From Felis catus (Eukaryota), in contig NC_058383.1 of NCBI RefSeq assembly GCF_018350175.1, positions 12,898,001 through 12,962,000 of the forward strand: a DNA stretch of 64,000 nt, in the 5' to 3' direction. The translations under genes and the position numbers were made by a program. Under the pieces are notes generated by a model. It was not told where the DNA came from and ran no database searches. It saw nothing but the letters and a program-made list of their open reading frames with translations. Positions 48,593 to 61,465 of this stretch are shown here, piece after piece. Position 1 is the stretch's first letter, and every line of letters begins with the position of its first letter.

Positions 48593-48760
48593 AGGAGATC
48601 TAATTCACATACAATAGAACTCACCCACTTAAAATGTACAATTCAGTGGCTTTTAGTATATTTACTAAAATATGTGCAAGCATCACCACAGTATTAGAAC
48701 ATTTTCATCCCTGTACCCTTGAGCGATCCCTGTTGTTGTCCCTCCACCCTCTTCCCCCCT
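48593..48760 (-). mobile_element. L1 extreme 3' end
   Basis: GAGATCTAATTCACATACAATAGAACTCACCCACTTAAAATGTACAATTCAGTGGCTTTTAGTATATT. Confidence 0.85.
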
Positions 48761-50194
48761 TGAAGACCCTACTTTCTTTTGTCTTCTTTTTAGTTGTAGA
48801 CTATGCCAGTTTTGCTGTTGGTGGATCATGTGTTGGAAATTCTTTAAATTTCTCTGTGAATAGCCAGTTTAGTTTTCCCCCTCTAAAGTATTTATTTTTT
48901 GGTGTCAAAGCAGCTGCTGCGCCCAACACAGGGGCTCACCATTTTGCACTTTGTGGCCGTTCATATGGCAGCTTTATTCAAAACCACTCCTGCACTGCTT
49001 ACGTTATTTGTTTTATACAAAAACGGTTCTCTCTGGCTTGCGGCTTCTGGGCTGCCATGTTGACAAATGTTGCTTCTGGTGAAATACACAAAAATAAATA
49101 ACAGCAAGGGAGAAGGGAGCACAGAGCTAAGTGAATTCATTTTGCTTCCTGAGTGCCATTCTCATTTGTTTTAAAAACCACCCTGGCATTACAGGCAGGA
49201 AAGGAGGAGGCAGGAGAGCTACAGAAAAAGAATGGGCCACATCGGATTCTTTGAATGGGGCTGAAGGGGCTGGTTGAACAGACAAGTTGAGAAGTATCTG
49301 GAATGCAGGGCCTGGGGATGAGGAGGAGTTTACAAGGAATCTGAATACCTTGCAGATATTCAGGTTGTGACAATAACCCCCATTTGTGTAGCCTCTGTAA
49401 TACATTTGGTGCATTCACTTGTTTTCTCATTCTGTTTATGATGAGGCTCAAATTTAAGACTTGCTGACACAGAAGTCACTCCCTGCAGTTGGTTTGTGTG
49501 TGACTATGTGGCGAGGTGGGTGGGGAGCTGGGAAAATCAGAGTGGAGGCTCCTGGAGCTCTTGGTGTTCAGGCTGAAGGTCTGACCCAAGGGAGGAGGCA
49601 GAGCGGGTGCTAACAAGTATTGATTGCCTATTATGAGCCAGGTGTTTCATAAGCACCGTTTCACTGAATGGTCCACAGAGGCTGGTGGCATTAGCTCTGT
49701 TTTACGGATTAGGGAGGACAGAGTTTTGAAGAATTGTGGTACTTATTTGTCACAGGTCACCCAGAGATTAGGGAGTAGGCTAAAATAGAAATCCGATGCT
49801 TCCAGCCCTCAGAACCTGTTGTGCTGTAATAACCAGCAGTGGAAAGTATGGAAGGAACAAAATAGGAGGGCATCGGAGGATGAGGAGCGTGGATAATAGC
49901 ATGCAGTACAGGCCAAAACTTTGTTTTAGAAAAGTGAATTGCACATCTTCTTTGAGAGTTTACTAAAAATCACCAGGGAAACAAAAGTAATTGTCAAGTT
50001 TAAGTGATGCTTTTTTTTGGAGGTGGGTGGGTGAAAGGTTAGGATTATTTGTCTGAACCTCAGGCCTTAACTGAGTAGTGGTTGAACTTACAGGATTGTT
50101 TCTCAGTTTACAAACTTTTTAACCACATAGAAATTGACAACACAGGTGCTTGCTCAGTTTATGGCAACTATATTACCAGGTACCATCTTGAGAA

Positions 50195-50455
50195 AGTACA
50201 GTATAGGGTTTATGATAACAAGAGTCTAAAACCCAGACTTCCTAGGTTTGAACCCTATCTCCACCACTAGTGGCTGGATGTTACCTTGGACTTTACTTAG
50301 CCTTTCTGTGTCCTCATCAGGTACCTTGTTTTAAAAATGGTGATACGATAGTACTTATCTAATGGAGTTGCAAGGATTAAATGTGTTACTTAATCCACAT
50401 AAAGTGTTTGTTATAATGCCCAGCACACAGGACTCACTAGAAGTATTATCATGAT
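50195..50455 (+). mobile_element. MIR
   Basis: CCAGACTTCCTAGGTTTGAACCC..CTCCACCACT...ACCTTGG...AAAATGG...GTTGCAAGGATTAAATG...ATGCCCAGCACA. Confidence 0.8.
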
Positions 50456-51461
50456 GGTGGTCAGTCAGCACAGGTGCTACTTTGCCCCATTACCTCTCTG
50501 CCCCTTTCTTCCATAGTGTGCCCTAATTCCTCTTCCTTAGATGCTCAGACAGGGCCCCAGTGCTGGCTAAGGAGCCTTTCTCTGAGTTTAGCGGAGGTGG
50601 CACTGGTTCCTTGAAATGTATTCTGTAGCAAGAGTGGGATGTTTGCCGGCTGGGAGAGTGAACAGGCTGGGGTGGACCCTGGCTCTCTACAGAGGTGTTC
50701 AGTCTCCCAGTGGGAGGAAACACGACTTGTCAGAACACAGCTTTGGCTTGCCCGGCTTTCCTGTTGTACAGATGGGGCCTGGAGTCTCTCTGGGCCCCTT
50801 GTCATGGATCCAAGCCAAGGCTGTCGCTTGCTGAGCCAGGAATAATATAGGAATTAGTCTTTTTCTTCTTTATACTAAGCACTAATCAATCTACAGCTAA
50901 CTCTGTATCTAATTTCTGAACCAGATGCCGTGAATAACTGCCCCTGAATGTGTTTGCCAATAAAAGGATAAGTTTAAGGCTTTTAATCAATGCTGCTTAC
51001 CCTCAGTATTTAAGGTCAGAATCTTGTGTGAGACTTATTTTGATCAGGATAATTGTTGGGTTAAAAAAATGGTTTCTTGAAATTGTGACACTCGTGGGTA
51101 ACTATAGTGAATTAATCTTTGAGAGGATGGAAAATTGTCAATTTCATAAGTGTTCTTTTGCTCTCTAGTCCTTCAGGTCATTGATGGAAAAATATGACTT
51201 TTAGAGAGGAAAGCATTCTTTATCAATGGGTAAAGAGATGGGACTAATATAAATTTCTCAGGAAATTAGAAGGGAAATTAGAAATGAAGTGGAGTATTTT
51301 GGATATGCAGTGTGCTTCAGGGCTGGAGCTGTGGCCGCTATTTGTGTTTTAGATGATATTAACTTGTAATTGTGTATCTCCAGCATACCTTTCTCTAAGG
51401 AAGCCATGTTTCCTGAACAAGGACTCTGTACTGCGTAGAGTTTAGAAATATCTGGGGTTTA

Positions 51462-51548
51462 TGGGGCACCTGGCTGCCTCAGTTGGTACAGCATGGGACT
51501 CTTGATCTTGGGGTTGGGAGTTTGAGCTCTGTTGGGGGTAGAATTTAC

Positions 51549-51579
<31 letters not shown>

Positions 51580-51580
51580 A
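51462..51580 (+). mobile_element. Short tRNA-Lys-derived SINE (tSINE-like)
   Basis: GGGGCACCTGGCTGCCTCAGTTGGTACAGCATGGGACTCTTGATCTTGGGG..GAGTTTGAGC...TTTACTTAAAAA. Confidence 0.85.
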
Positions 51581-52699
51581 AGGAATATCTAGTGTTTAGA
51601 TATTGGCTCCATTGAATGGTGTAATGCCAGTCAGCCTCTTGTCACCTCAGTTTTTAATCATTACGAGTTAGGGATGGTAATTGCTACCTCACCGTTGGAA
51701 AGATGCTGTGTGATGATATAACATGAGAATGGGAAGCACAGTGCCTGGCACATAAGAAGTGCAGAAAGGGGGGTTTCCTTCCACTTCTTTGCAGGGATCG
51801 CCTGGCTTGGCTTGCTCTCATGCGGTTTTACCTTGGGTGCATCTGGATACATGTAACACGCACATTTTCCTACCTTGCGCCAGTGAGTTGGAAATTGTTC
51901 CCGTTGACCTGTTTTTTGTTTGTTTGTTTGTTTGTTTTTGCGCTCCATGAGAAGGACGAGAGGAGTGATTCGGGAAGCTGCCAAGTTCTAAAGAGGCTCA
52001 GTTAATTCTTTTCCTCAGGGGCTCCTGGGCTGGACAGTTCTGAGTGTACAAGGCATGGCGGGTGGGTCCAGGGAGGAACTAGGCTCTGCTCCCCATAAAA
52101 TGGGGATGCCAGTAACTTGGGATGCTGTGAGGGTTCCGTACGGGTGATGTTTGTGAAAGACCTTTGTAAGTCGGCAGGAACTCCAGAACTGTGGGTGGTG
52201 TTTTCATCACTGAGCTGGCAGCAGTGCTTATCCAAAAGTCGGTTGTGGTGTTGTGCCAAATATTAAGGCTCAGGAAATACCCTCTAACGCAAGGAAGCTC
52301 TGTCTCCATTCCATAGCTGGTGAGCTTATATCCAGAAGACAAGACACCGGGGCTCCCAGGATTTCTGGGGGAGCTGGCAGTCCTCCCTGAGCTCAGGTTC
52401 TCAGATGTGCGGGCCGGGCATGGGGCTGTAGGTGAGCTCATGCTGAGCTGTCGCGTGCCCCAGACTGGTTTCTGCTGTGCACCCACAGTCTAACAGTGGC
52501 TTGCTCTCCTTTGCCTCAGCTGGGACATCCTTTCCAGTGACCTTTAGGAAGACAGAGCCGGATCTGTGTTCCTTCTTACCACCTACTGTGATGCTGTGTG
52601 CAGAGTGCACCAGAAGAGGAACTAAACCAGAAGAGGAGGCTGAGGAAAGTCAATGCCAAGCACCTCCCTCCATGGCCTCTGGTTCCAAACCCCAGCACT

Positions 52700-53095
52700 G
52701 TGTAGGGAGAGGAGCTCATGTGGCAAAGAAGGGTGGGGATGACATGTGGCACATGGGGAGGCCCCAGGAGGTGATGACGAGCATAATATGGTAGGGAGAG
52801 CAGCAAAGGACCGTTTGGAGGAGGTGGGGGTTAAAGTCAGCGAGTGCCAGGTAGTGAAAGGTCTTTTCTATCTCTATGAGGCTTTTGACTTTAACTCTGT
52901 AGGATGTAGGGATTTGTTGGAGAATGTTAAGTAGCAGGGAATAGTATGAGAGATGCATTTTCAAAGGTCACACTCATGGCAAGATAGATGATGAAGGATG
53001 GCTGATGATGAGACTGGAAACAGGAACATAGAAACCTGGTTTGGGAACTCAGGCGGGAGACCGTGGGGCTCATCTAGGGCATTGTCAGTCTGAGT
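52700..53095 (-). mobile_element. L2 fragment
   Basis: GAGGCTTTTGACTTTAACTCTGTAGG...GGAGAATGTTAAGTAGCAGGGA...AGATGCATTTTCAAAGGTCAC...GAGACTGGAAACAGG. Confidence 0.7.
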
Positions 53096-53134
53096 GTCAA
53101 GGAGAAGTTGCAAGAGGTTTTATAAGTGCAAAGG

Positions 53135-53360
53135 AAACCGACATTTGAGTGCCTGCTTTGTGCCAGGAACTTTAAGTACTCCACATACATTAGCTCATCC
53201 GATTCTCACAACAGCAGCAAGGGGAAGGTGGTATATTTTGCCATTTTGCAAATATAGAAACTGAAGTTTACAGGATATGTAGCTTGCCTGAGGGCCCTGG
53301 CAGTTGAGAAGTTGTCGGATGGATATTTAAATCTGATTCCATCAACCCCTGAGTCTTTTC
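53135..53360 (-). mobile_element. MIR
   Basis: ACATTTGAGTGCCTGCTTTGTGCCAGG...TTCTCACAACAGC...CCATTTTGCAAATATAGAAACTGAAG. Confidence 0.8.
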
Positions 53361-55574
53361 TTTCTGTAAGACCTCACTATGGTCCCCAGGACACAGGCCT
53401 CATACAGAGGTTTTGCATTAGCAAATAACTTTGCAAGGACTAGTCTATTAATAGTGATCTCTTTCAACATTCCCATGAGATGAGGGAACACAATTAATTG
53501 TTCAGCTGAGAGATTAGAGACACAGGGAGGTTAAGTGACTTGACAGGGTCGCCTGTCAAGCGGTTTGGGGGAGGGCTGGCAGAGGTGAGGTTTGGAGAAC
53601 AGACCATTTTGAGCTTGTAGTCTCGCTGCAAACAAGAATTTGCCAGCCCCATTTTATAAATCCAGTGTCTTAGTTGGTAGATTAGGAAAAACCGTAATGG
53701 AGATGGAATGCAAGGCAGGTGCCTAAGGCTGAGATGGTGGCACTGAGCATTGTGGTATCTTGGGGTTTCCTTTATAAGCCGACTCTCTCCTGCTTCATAG
53801 TCTTTAATTAAAACAACAGTCACTCCCACCAAAAACTAATCATCTTCATTAAGCATGGAGATTGGAGTAAGGGTGGGGAAACGTGTCTCTGAAAAAGATC
53901 TCACCAATAAATTATTTCCTTTGCTGTAAGAGTTATATTGCTGAGCTTAATAATTAGAAGAATTCTCACTTGAACCCAGCTTCTTTTTTGCTATTTGATT
54001 TTATGAGTTTAATGTTATTATTTGTTGCCATGGGGATACTTGGGTTGACACAAAGAGGAACATTATGATGGGAACCATGGGAAATCCTTGTTAATTGTAT
54101 TGTTGTCCCCATTCCTTGTCTAGCAGTCTCTCTTGATTATTGATACTGGTGTTTTTTTTTTTTTTTTTTTTTGTGAGAGGTGGATGCATTGGTTTATTGG
54201 TTACCATGGGGCCTAGGAATGAGTCTAGAGCTTTGTCTTTTATTGGTTGACACTTTGGGCACGTGGGATCAGAAAATAGATCACTGGGCATCTTGTGATG
54301 GTAGTTGAAGGGATAACACTTGGGAAGGGGTACTAAAGGCTGGGGGTTGGAGAGATGCTGAACTACAAACCTGAATGATTTCGTATTTGGCTAATAGTTG
54401 TCCCTGTGTGCCATGCACCATCATGATTTAACCCAGCCTTGCAGACAGAGACCACAGTTTGGCCAACCCCCAGCCGTCTACTGCTTTCTTTCCACAAGCC
54501 ATGGAGTCAGGATAACTGACAACTGGTCTGTGTGGGTATGCGGCTGGCAGCTGTAGGTAGTGAGGTGGCCACCTGCCCCATGGAAACCCTGTGTAAGATG
54601 CTGGTGAAGTGAGCTGGTTTGTGTAGCCAGGGTGCTGAGTATGGGAGTATTTAGGGTGGGGGGGAGGAAGTGGCAGTCATTTACAGTGTCATGTTTAGTC
54701 TTTGCAGATGTGCTTATGGTTTTAACAAAGGCGGAGAAGAAATTATAGGATGGGAAAGAAATGCCTGCAGACAGCCTGCTGAAGCCTAGGAAGGAGGAAA
54801 CTGGTATTTGTGTGTTTTAGGAATGCTAAGCCCTTGCTTACATATCAGCAGGCAAAATATTGGCACTCACTTCTGACTTGAGGAAGGCATCTCTGAAGTC
54901 AATAGAAGGAAATGCCTATTACAGGCCTTACTCACAAAGGAGAGCCTTGGAAATGCTCAGGATTATCTCGTAAAAGCCCTTTGTGTATTTGAAGCCTCTC
55001 ATGAAATCAGCCTTGTTCTGTAGGCCAGACAACTCCAATTGTTCTTCTTACCTTTCTTCGTTGCATCTTTCCGTGTCTCTTTTATGCTTTTGTCACCTTT
55101 TTCGATTTGTTCGTCTTGAATAATACCAATCAGCATTGAACTTTGTGCCCTGATGCAGGGCTGATTTGCTAGTGACTGCTGGTTTTGATCGGGAAATCAG
55201 GTAGATCGATGTCTTAGTGCTGTTGACGGTGAGGCTGACAAGATCTTCTTTTTCTGTGCCTAGGCGTGTTTTCTGCTCCTTCACCTGCACATAGTTTTGG
55301 TGCCTGGAACATCGTGGGATAGAATGTAAACATATGCTGAATAAGTGAATGGAGATACACCTAATTCTTTGCTTTGAAAGTCAGTATTTGCTCTGGGTTG
55401 ATTAAAAAAACAATAAAACCTTTGTTTTTCATATTTTAAACACCCAAATTGTGAGAAAAATCAGGCTGAATTGCCATTGGACTCTGCAGCTTTTGTAAAG
55501 ACATGTAGGACTTTGCCAAAGACAGAAAATTCTCCCTCTCTCCTCAATTACTTCCCTCCTCCCGCTTTTGCGCA

Positions 55575-55720
55575 CTCATTTCCTCATTCATTCAACAAAT
55601 GCTCATTCAGCCTCTGTTATAAGCCAGGTGTTATTTTAGTGTTGGGGATATTGTTTTACACAAAATTACGTTCCTGCTCTCATGAAGCTTCTATTTCAGT
55701 GGATTAAGAGACATGATTGA
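55575..55720 (-). mobile_element. L2 3' end
   Basis: CATTCATTCAACAAATGCTCATT...AAGCCAGGTG...TGGGGATA...CCTGCTCTCATGAAGCTT. Confidence 0.75.
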
Positions 55721-56279
55721 CCAGAAGAAGTAATTTCTGTTGGTGACAAGGCTTTCAGAGAAGTGAGGTTGTGTAGGTGATAGAGGTAATGATTGCTCTT
55801 TTGTGATAGAGTTGCTGGCAAGACAGGCTGTGATTTCACTTTCCTTCCTATTTACATAACCAAGTAAGTCCCTATATAGCATTTTACCTGACATGTAAGA
55901 TTCCTTTTGGGCAGGGTTTTGTCAGTTATCATTTATATATCCTTTCTTGAAATTGGATTAGATCCCTTTGATTTATTTGGAGAGAGAAGTAGGTAGTACA
56001 CAATGTGTTTCTGTGGAATATCTATTCTGCTGTGATGTTGACACAGTAGTGTATACCTTATTTTTGTACCAGTGTTTTATTTAACATTCCATTAGTCAGA
56101 GATTAGTGGGCTTTTTTTCTTTTCCTCTCATACTGTTTGCCTCCAGTTTATTAAGAAGCAATCTAATTCATTTTCTTTATGCCCTTACCCTTCTTTGGTG
56201 TAGGTTTTAGCCATTTTAAGTAAAGTACACATATCAACCCCATGAATTGACTAAGACTCAAGCCTGTGTTACATGTTGG

Positions 56280-56331
56280 TTCCTTCCTTCCTTCCTTCCT
56301 TCCTTCCTTCCTTCCTTCCTTCCTTCCTTCC
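56280..56331. repeat. (TTCC)n microsatellite
   Basis: About 13 units. Confidence 0.97.
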
Positions 56332-57369
56332 GCAGATGTTCAAAGCAAAAGAAGATACATACTTCCTCTCTGCAAATTTCGCCCTCTAATAGGGCAAGGA
56401 AATACAAAAACAAAAGTTACAATTCTCTGGGGTAAGTTTGCCAAAAGAATTCTGAATGAACAGCGGGGAACATTCAAGACACAATGTAAGCTTGGCTTCA
56501 CAGAGGAGGTGGTCTTTGATCCGGTTCTTGAAGGGTGAGAATGTTTGCCTCCTAGGGCCACCTGAGGGATAGCTGGATTCTGTAATCACTGAGGTGCTGA
56601 TCCCAAGCACTGGACTTGGAGAATGATGGTGTCATTGCAAATACAGTCTGGGTTTGTTTGTTTGTCTGTCTCTGAAGCACTTAGCATGTAAACAAGACTG
56701 ACACCAGGATGATTTTCTTTTGTTTCTGCTGTTGTTCATCAATAGATGTAGATGTATAGGCCTTCCATTTTTGTAGTGCTGCATTCCAACATTTTGCGTA
56801 GGTTACTTTATTGCATCATTAACTTTCTGACTTGGGCACAGGATCTAGTTTTAGGTCACTCCTTTGCCCACCTCTTCAGGTAATCTGGAGTAGACATAAA
56901 AACTAAAGTCTCTTGTCACTATGTTGGGTTCCCAAGTGGGATCCAGTGGAATGGCCAGGATGCCTTTCAGTGAAAATATATTGGGGACGCCAGAGAACAA
57001 AGCTTCTTTTCAGAGCTTAGAAAAGCTCATTGACATATTTATTACTTGCTGAAAGCCCCAGTGAATTTTCCAGTCTCCTTATTGTCCCTAAATATTCTCC
57101 TTCAGCTATAAAGGTTGTGGAGTTTTTTCTTTTAACCCACTTCTGAGCTCTTGCGGGGGAGAGACACTTGGTGACATAGGCCTTTCTGCTTTGTGTGCCC
57201 TGGAGTAAGAGACGAATTATGCAGCCTTATTACATCCTAAGGTAGGAAATGGGCTTGCTAGTTCATTTCAGCTCAACGGTTTACCCTTGTTATTAGTAAT
57301 GCCTGGAGTTAGGGCCTGGTTTCTCTTTGTGTTAGAAAAAAAAAAAAAGAAATACAGATGTTAGGATAA

Positions 57370-57535
57370 TAATAATTAGGATATTAAGAACACTTGCTGA
57401 ATATGTAATAAACACTTGCAAGTATTTTCTTATTTAATCCACATGATAACCCTATGAGGTAGCCTCATTCTGTTGATAGGAAAATGGAGTCACAGACATG
57501 TTGGGTAATTTGCCCAAGGTCACACAGTTGTCTGC
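57370..57535 (-). mobile_element. MIR
   Basis: ATTTAATCCACATGATAACCCTATGAGGTAG...GGAAAATGGAG..ACAGA...GTAATTTGCCCAAGGTCACACAG. Confidence 0.85.
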
Positions 57536-57689
57536 CTTGGGAGCCTTGCTGTGCTTATTGAGAGGATTTAGCAGAACACCTTGATAATTTGAGACTAGTT
57601 CTCAGACATCTGGTATCACCCTTGACCACCACATGTTGTACATCATTGGGGAGTTACATCTTCTCAGCACCTGTCAACAGTTGGTGGTT

Positions 57690-57826
57690 GTTGTTTGTTT
57701 GTTTGTTTGTTTGTTTGTTTGTTTTTTGAGAAAGAGGGCACAGTGAGTGAGGGGCAGAGAATCTCAGGAAGGGTTGAGGGGGGAGAGAGAGAGAGAGGAG
57801 AGAGAGAGAGAAAGACAGGAGGGAGG

Positions 57827-57894
<68 letters not shown>

Positions 57895-58045
57895 GGAGAC
57901 AGGGAGAGATGGAGAGAGGGAGAGAGAAGCGGGGCTTAAGCTCACTTGATGTGGGACTCGAATTCACGAACCCTAGGATCATGAACTGTGAGATCATGAC
58001 CTGAGCCGAAGTCAGATGCTTAATGACTGAGCCACCCAGGTGCTC
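57690..58045 (-). mobile_element. Can-SINE with greatly expanded GA-rich tract and (TTTG)n tail
   Basis: (TTTG)n, about 150 nt of purines, then ...GAGATCATGACCTGAGCCGAAGTCAGATGCTTAATGACTGAGCCACCCAGGTGCTCC. Confidence 0.92.
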
Positions 58046-59779
58046 CAACAGGTGTTTTTTTTTGCGTGAGACCCTTCTTTTGTTGACTTCTATATTGTGG
58101 CTTTTAAAGACTTCACATGAAGGACCCATTTCAAAGATTGGAAAGCTTTTAAGAAGCTGAACCTGACTCCTGAGTCTCCCATGTCTTCAGTTTTTGTGGT
58201 CCTTAAGAGTTTATTTCTGTTGCACAGAAGAGTACATTCAGTAGAGACTTTAATTTCAGCATAGATCTTGCATTTTGATTTCTTGCCTAATAAATGAAAG
58301 AAAAAAACATTTAGTAGTAAATTCAAAGTGAAAATCACTTCTTTCTCCTTGCACGTGCTAATTTTCTTTCATCATATGATATGAACACAAACAATAAAGA
58401 CCTGGCCAAAAGACAAGTGTCTTTTCCTGTTACAAACACAGTTGACATTAAAACTTACCAAAATAGTTCACTAGAGATGAATTCTTTCAAGTGAAGCTTC
58501 GTTTTATAATGAGGACAGAGAAACCACAATTCCAGACCATAGAGAAGGGGTCCTTTAATATACTTAAATTGTTAACTTAAAATCACTGCTTTCTAGAGAA
58601 GCTTAATAGAGGGCAGAGAAACCTAAATCCTTTGTGTAAAGAGCTGCTGACCGTTGAAAATAATATATGTGACAGTAAAGCATCTCCAACATAATCTTGT
58701 ATATCAATAGGAAACTAGGTTTTAAGATTCTAAAAATTCAAATAATAAGTCGTGAGTTGTAATTATTTGGCTTAATGTGTAAGTCACTTATCATGTAGGA
58801 TGGTTGCAAATGGACGTGAATACAGGTAAATTTTCCTAGTGGTCTGCTGATTTTTTATTCAGTTTTGGCCAACCAGTGGTATAATGCAGAGAGTTGCTTT
58901 CTACTTTCCCCTCTACTGGCTTGAATCTGTTTGCTGTACTGGAGTCCATGGATCAAAAAGTCTATAACTTGCAAGGCTAATAAATGCATGCTTCTGCTGT
59001 CTGGAAATGCCCCTGGGTCAATAGTGGTTTGTTTCCTTGCCCTGAGAGGGATGAAACATATCTGGACTTTAGCCTGGATTTGCTGGGATCCTCTGTGCCA
59101 TCCTGGGTGGTGTGTGGCTGGCTATATAAATGTAACACCTACCAACTTTGTCAGGTAATGTGTCTGGCCTGGCCACTGTGGCTGTGATTGGAATTGAAAC
59201 ACACTGCTCATTATTAAGGCAGTGACTGGCTGTGGGGGATGTTGATGTCTGTTGTTTTTCATTGCTTATTGATTTAGTGAACTGGAATGCCTTTCCTTTG
59301 GTGCTAGTGTTAAATAGTTTGGTCCTGTTAGCCATTTTGTGAGATTGTCTTCATATGTGATTTGTGTGTATTTCCTTGATTGAGCGGGGGTGGTGGTAGG
59401 GGTGGAGGGGGTGGAGGGTCAGGGACTGAGGGGAAGGGATAATTGTTTACAGATAAAGTGTGGAGGCACATGGATTTGAGATCAAATAGGAGGTTGGGGG
59501 ATGTAGGTTTCCTCTGAATACTGAGAAAATTCTTTAAACCCCTAATTAGCTTCTGAAACTACCTTCTTTGCTCCCACAGTTGGGAATATGGCCAGGCAAA
59601 GACCAGTTTTTCCCTGGCAAAGACAAATATTTTGGGCTTATCTCTGTTCTTGTCCTGCTGTCTTTTACTGCATCTTTACAACCTCTGTACAGTAGAACTG
59701 TCTTGATAAAATTTTGGCTGTGCTTCAGGTCTTTATTAAGTGGTGGATGGAGTTGGTTTTTTTTTTTTTTTTTTTTTGT

Positions 59780-59900
59780 CTTCATTCAGCCCATTTGTTG
59801 AGTGCCTACTATGTGCTAGACCCTATTCTTGGTCCTGGGATATAGAAGTATACAAGGTAATCAGAATTGTGGGTTATGGAGTTCATAGTCCAGCAGACTG
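59780..59900 (-). mobile_element. L2 3' end
   Basis: TTCATTCAGCCCATTTGTTGAGTGCCTACTATGTGCTAG...CCTGGGATATAG...TGGAGTTCATAGTCCAG. Confidence 0.82.
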
Positions 59901-60079
59901 TTAAATTATAAGGCCCATACTGGTGAGGACCGACGTTGTAGCTGTGCTGCTGTGGCATACTGGCATGGGATGAGAGAAGAGACTGGGATTCAGTTCCTAG
60001 TTACCATCCTGACTTACTGGTTTCTGGAGAGCTGCCATTTCTACATCTGGTCATGCAATTTTAAAAAACTATAGTGAGA

Positions 60080-60197
60080 GGGCGCCTGGCAGGCTCAGTC
60101 CGTAGAGCATATGACTCTTGATCTTGGGGATGTGAGTTCGAGCCCCACACTGGGTGTAGAGATTACTTAAAAATCAAATCTTAAAAAAAAAAAAAAA
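60080..60197 (+). mobile_element. Short tRNA-Lys(CTT)-derived SINE (tSINE-like)
   Basis: GGGCGCCTGGCAGGCTCAGTCCGTAGAGCATATGACTCTTGATCTTGGGGATGTGAGTTCGAGCCCCACACTGGGTGTAGAGATTACTTAAAA plus poly-A. Confidence 0.9.
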
Positions 60198-61239
60198 GTG
60201 TAGCACATTTACAGATTTCCAAAGGATTACTCCTGGACATTTTTATTTTCCTCACAGTAAATGTCCACAACGATGTTTATTTCATAAGGGCTAGTGACAC
60301 ACAGGCTCCTGCCAGTAAACTTGCTGCTGAATCTGCCATGGTGGGGGCCTAGCTTTTGAAGTAGTGTTAAAGAATGCTATGGGATAGAATTTTAAAAATC
60401 ATGTATAAATGGAATCTCTTCCCAAATTTTAAAAAGAAAAGGAGCAATAATAAAGAAATCTGTATTTATTCCAGAAGCATACACCTACATAAGGCCATTG
60501 AGTTTCCCTTGTGTCTTATAAACTGGTTTGGTTTTAGATGAGGAGAATTGCCCATTTTTACTCTCCTGTGCCTTAGAAACACTCACTATTGAATAAGAAA
60601 TATATTTTTGTTTGTGTGAAATTATAATATAGGACCTATTCCACCATGCACCTCCATCATAAAGTTCAGTGATACAACATTGCTAATCAAGCAGAAATAT
60701 GGGAAGTGAGAAATGAAACACAAGTTTTATTTTCACACCTCTAAATGGGTGACTGCAAAGGATGAACTTAAAAATAATAATGCGACCTTATACTTGCATC
60801 ACACCTTTTAATAAGGCGGTTTAAAAATATTTAGGGTGAACCTTCATCAGGATGTTTTAATTGCCTCAGCACAATTGACTAGTTTATCAGGGTGATGACT
60901 CCACTGTGCTGAGGAGCCTGGAGGAAGATGCCTGGGGGGCGGGGGTGACAGGGACTGTCACTCAGTGATATGTTGAGGATGATTGGGTAGAACTCCTGTG
61001 GGTCTTGGGATTTCATTTTTCTCTCCAGTGCATGCTGTGGGGGTAGGAGCCAGGGCCACAGTGGAAAATGTGAGTACAGTTTACATCTGCTTATTAGTGA
61101 CAGCTCTTGTAAGAACAAGCACATAAGGCATCCTTGGTCGTATCTACCTTAGTAACAATTTCCCTTCATCCTTCTAGGTCCATTTCAGATGCCACCATTT
61201 CTACTATACTGACTGGCCATTATCTCTCTCCATTGTATG

Positions 61240-61465
61240 TCAGACACAGTAGACTGAGACTCTGGGATTTTTATCCTGGCCTGACCACTTAGAGGCTGTG
61301 TGATCTTAGGCAGATTGCTTTGGCTTTTTGTAGCTTCATTTCCTCATTTGTGAAGTGGAGACAGTAAGTGTGCCCACCTCCTAGGGTCATGGGACACACG
61401 AGTTAGTGTGTGGGATACTCTTAGAACAGTGCCTGATGTGGAGCTGCTATTTTATCAACATCATT
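61240..61465 (+). mobile_element. MIR (within L2-like flanks)
   Basis: CCTGACCACTTAGAGGCTGTGTGATCTTAGGCAG...TTTCCTCATTTGTGAAGTGGAG...CTTAGAACAGTGCCTG. Confidence 0.85.

Noticed and set aside
48634..49101. 155-aa ORF
   Set aside because: Begins within an antisense L1 3' end. The Phe/Leu-rich content reflects T-rich DNA, and I recognise no homology.
57664..58129. Arg/Glu-rich and Ser/Leu-rich ORFs
   Set aside because: Translations of the (GA)n tract within a SINE.
60080..60160. tRNA-Lys(CTT)-like sequence
   Set aside because: Has SINE-type 5' GGGCGCC, a 3' AGAGATTACTT plus poly-A extension and stem mismatches. A retroposed SINE, not a tRNA gene. The same applies to 51462-51580.
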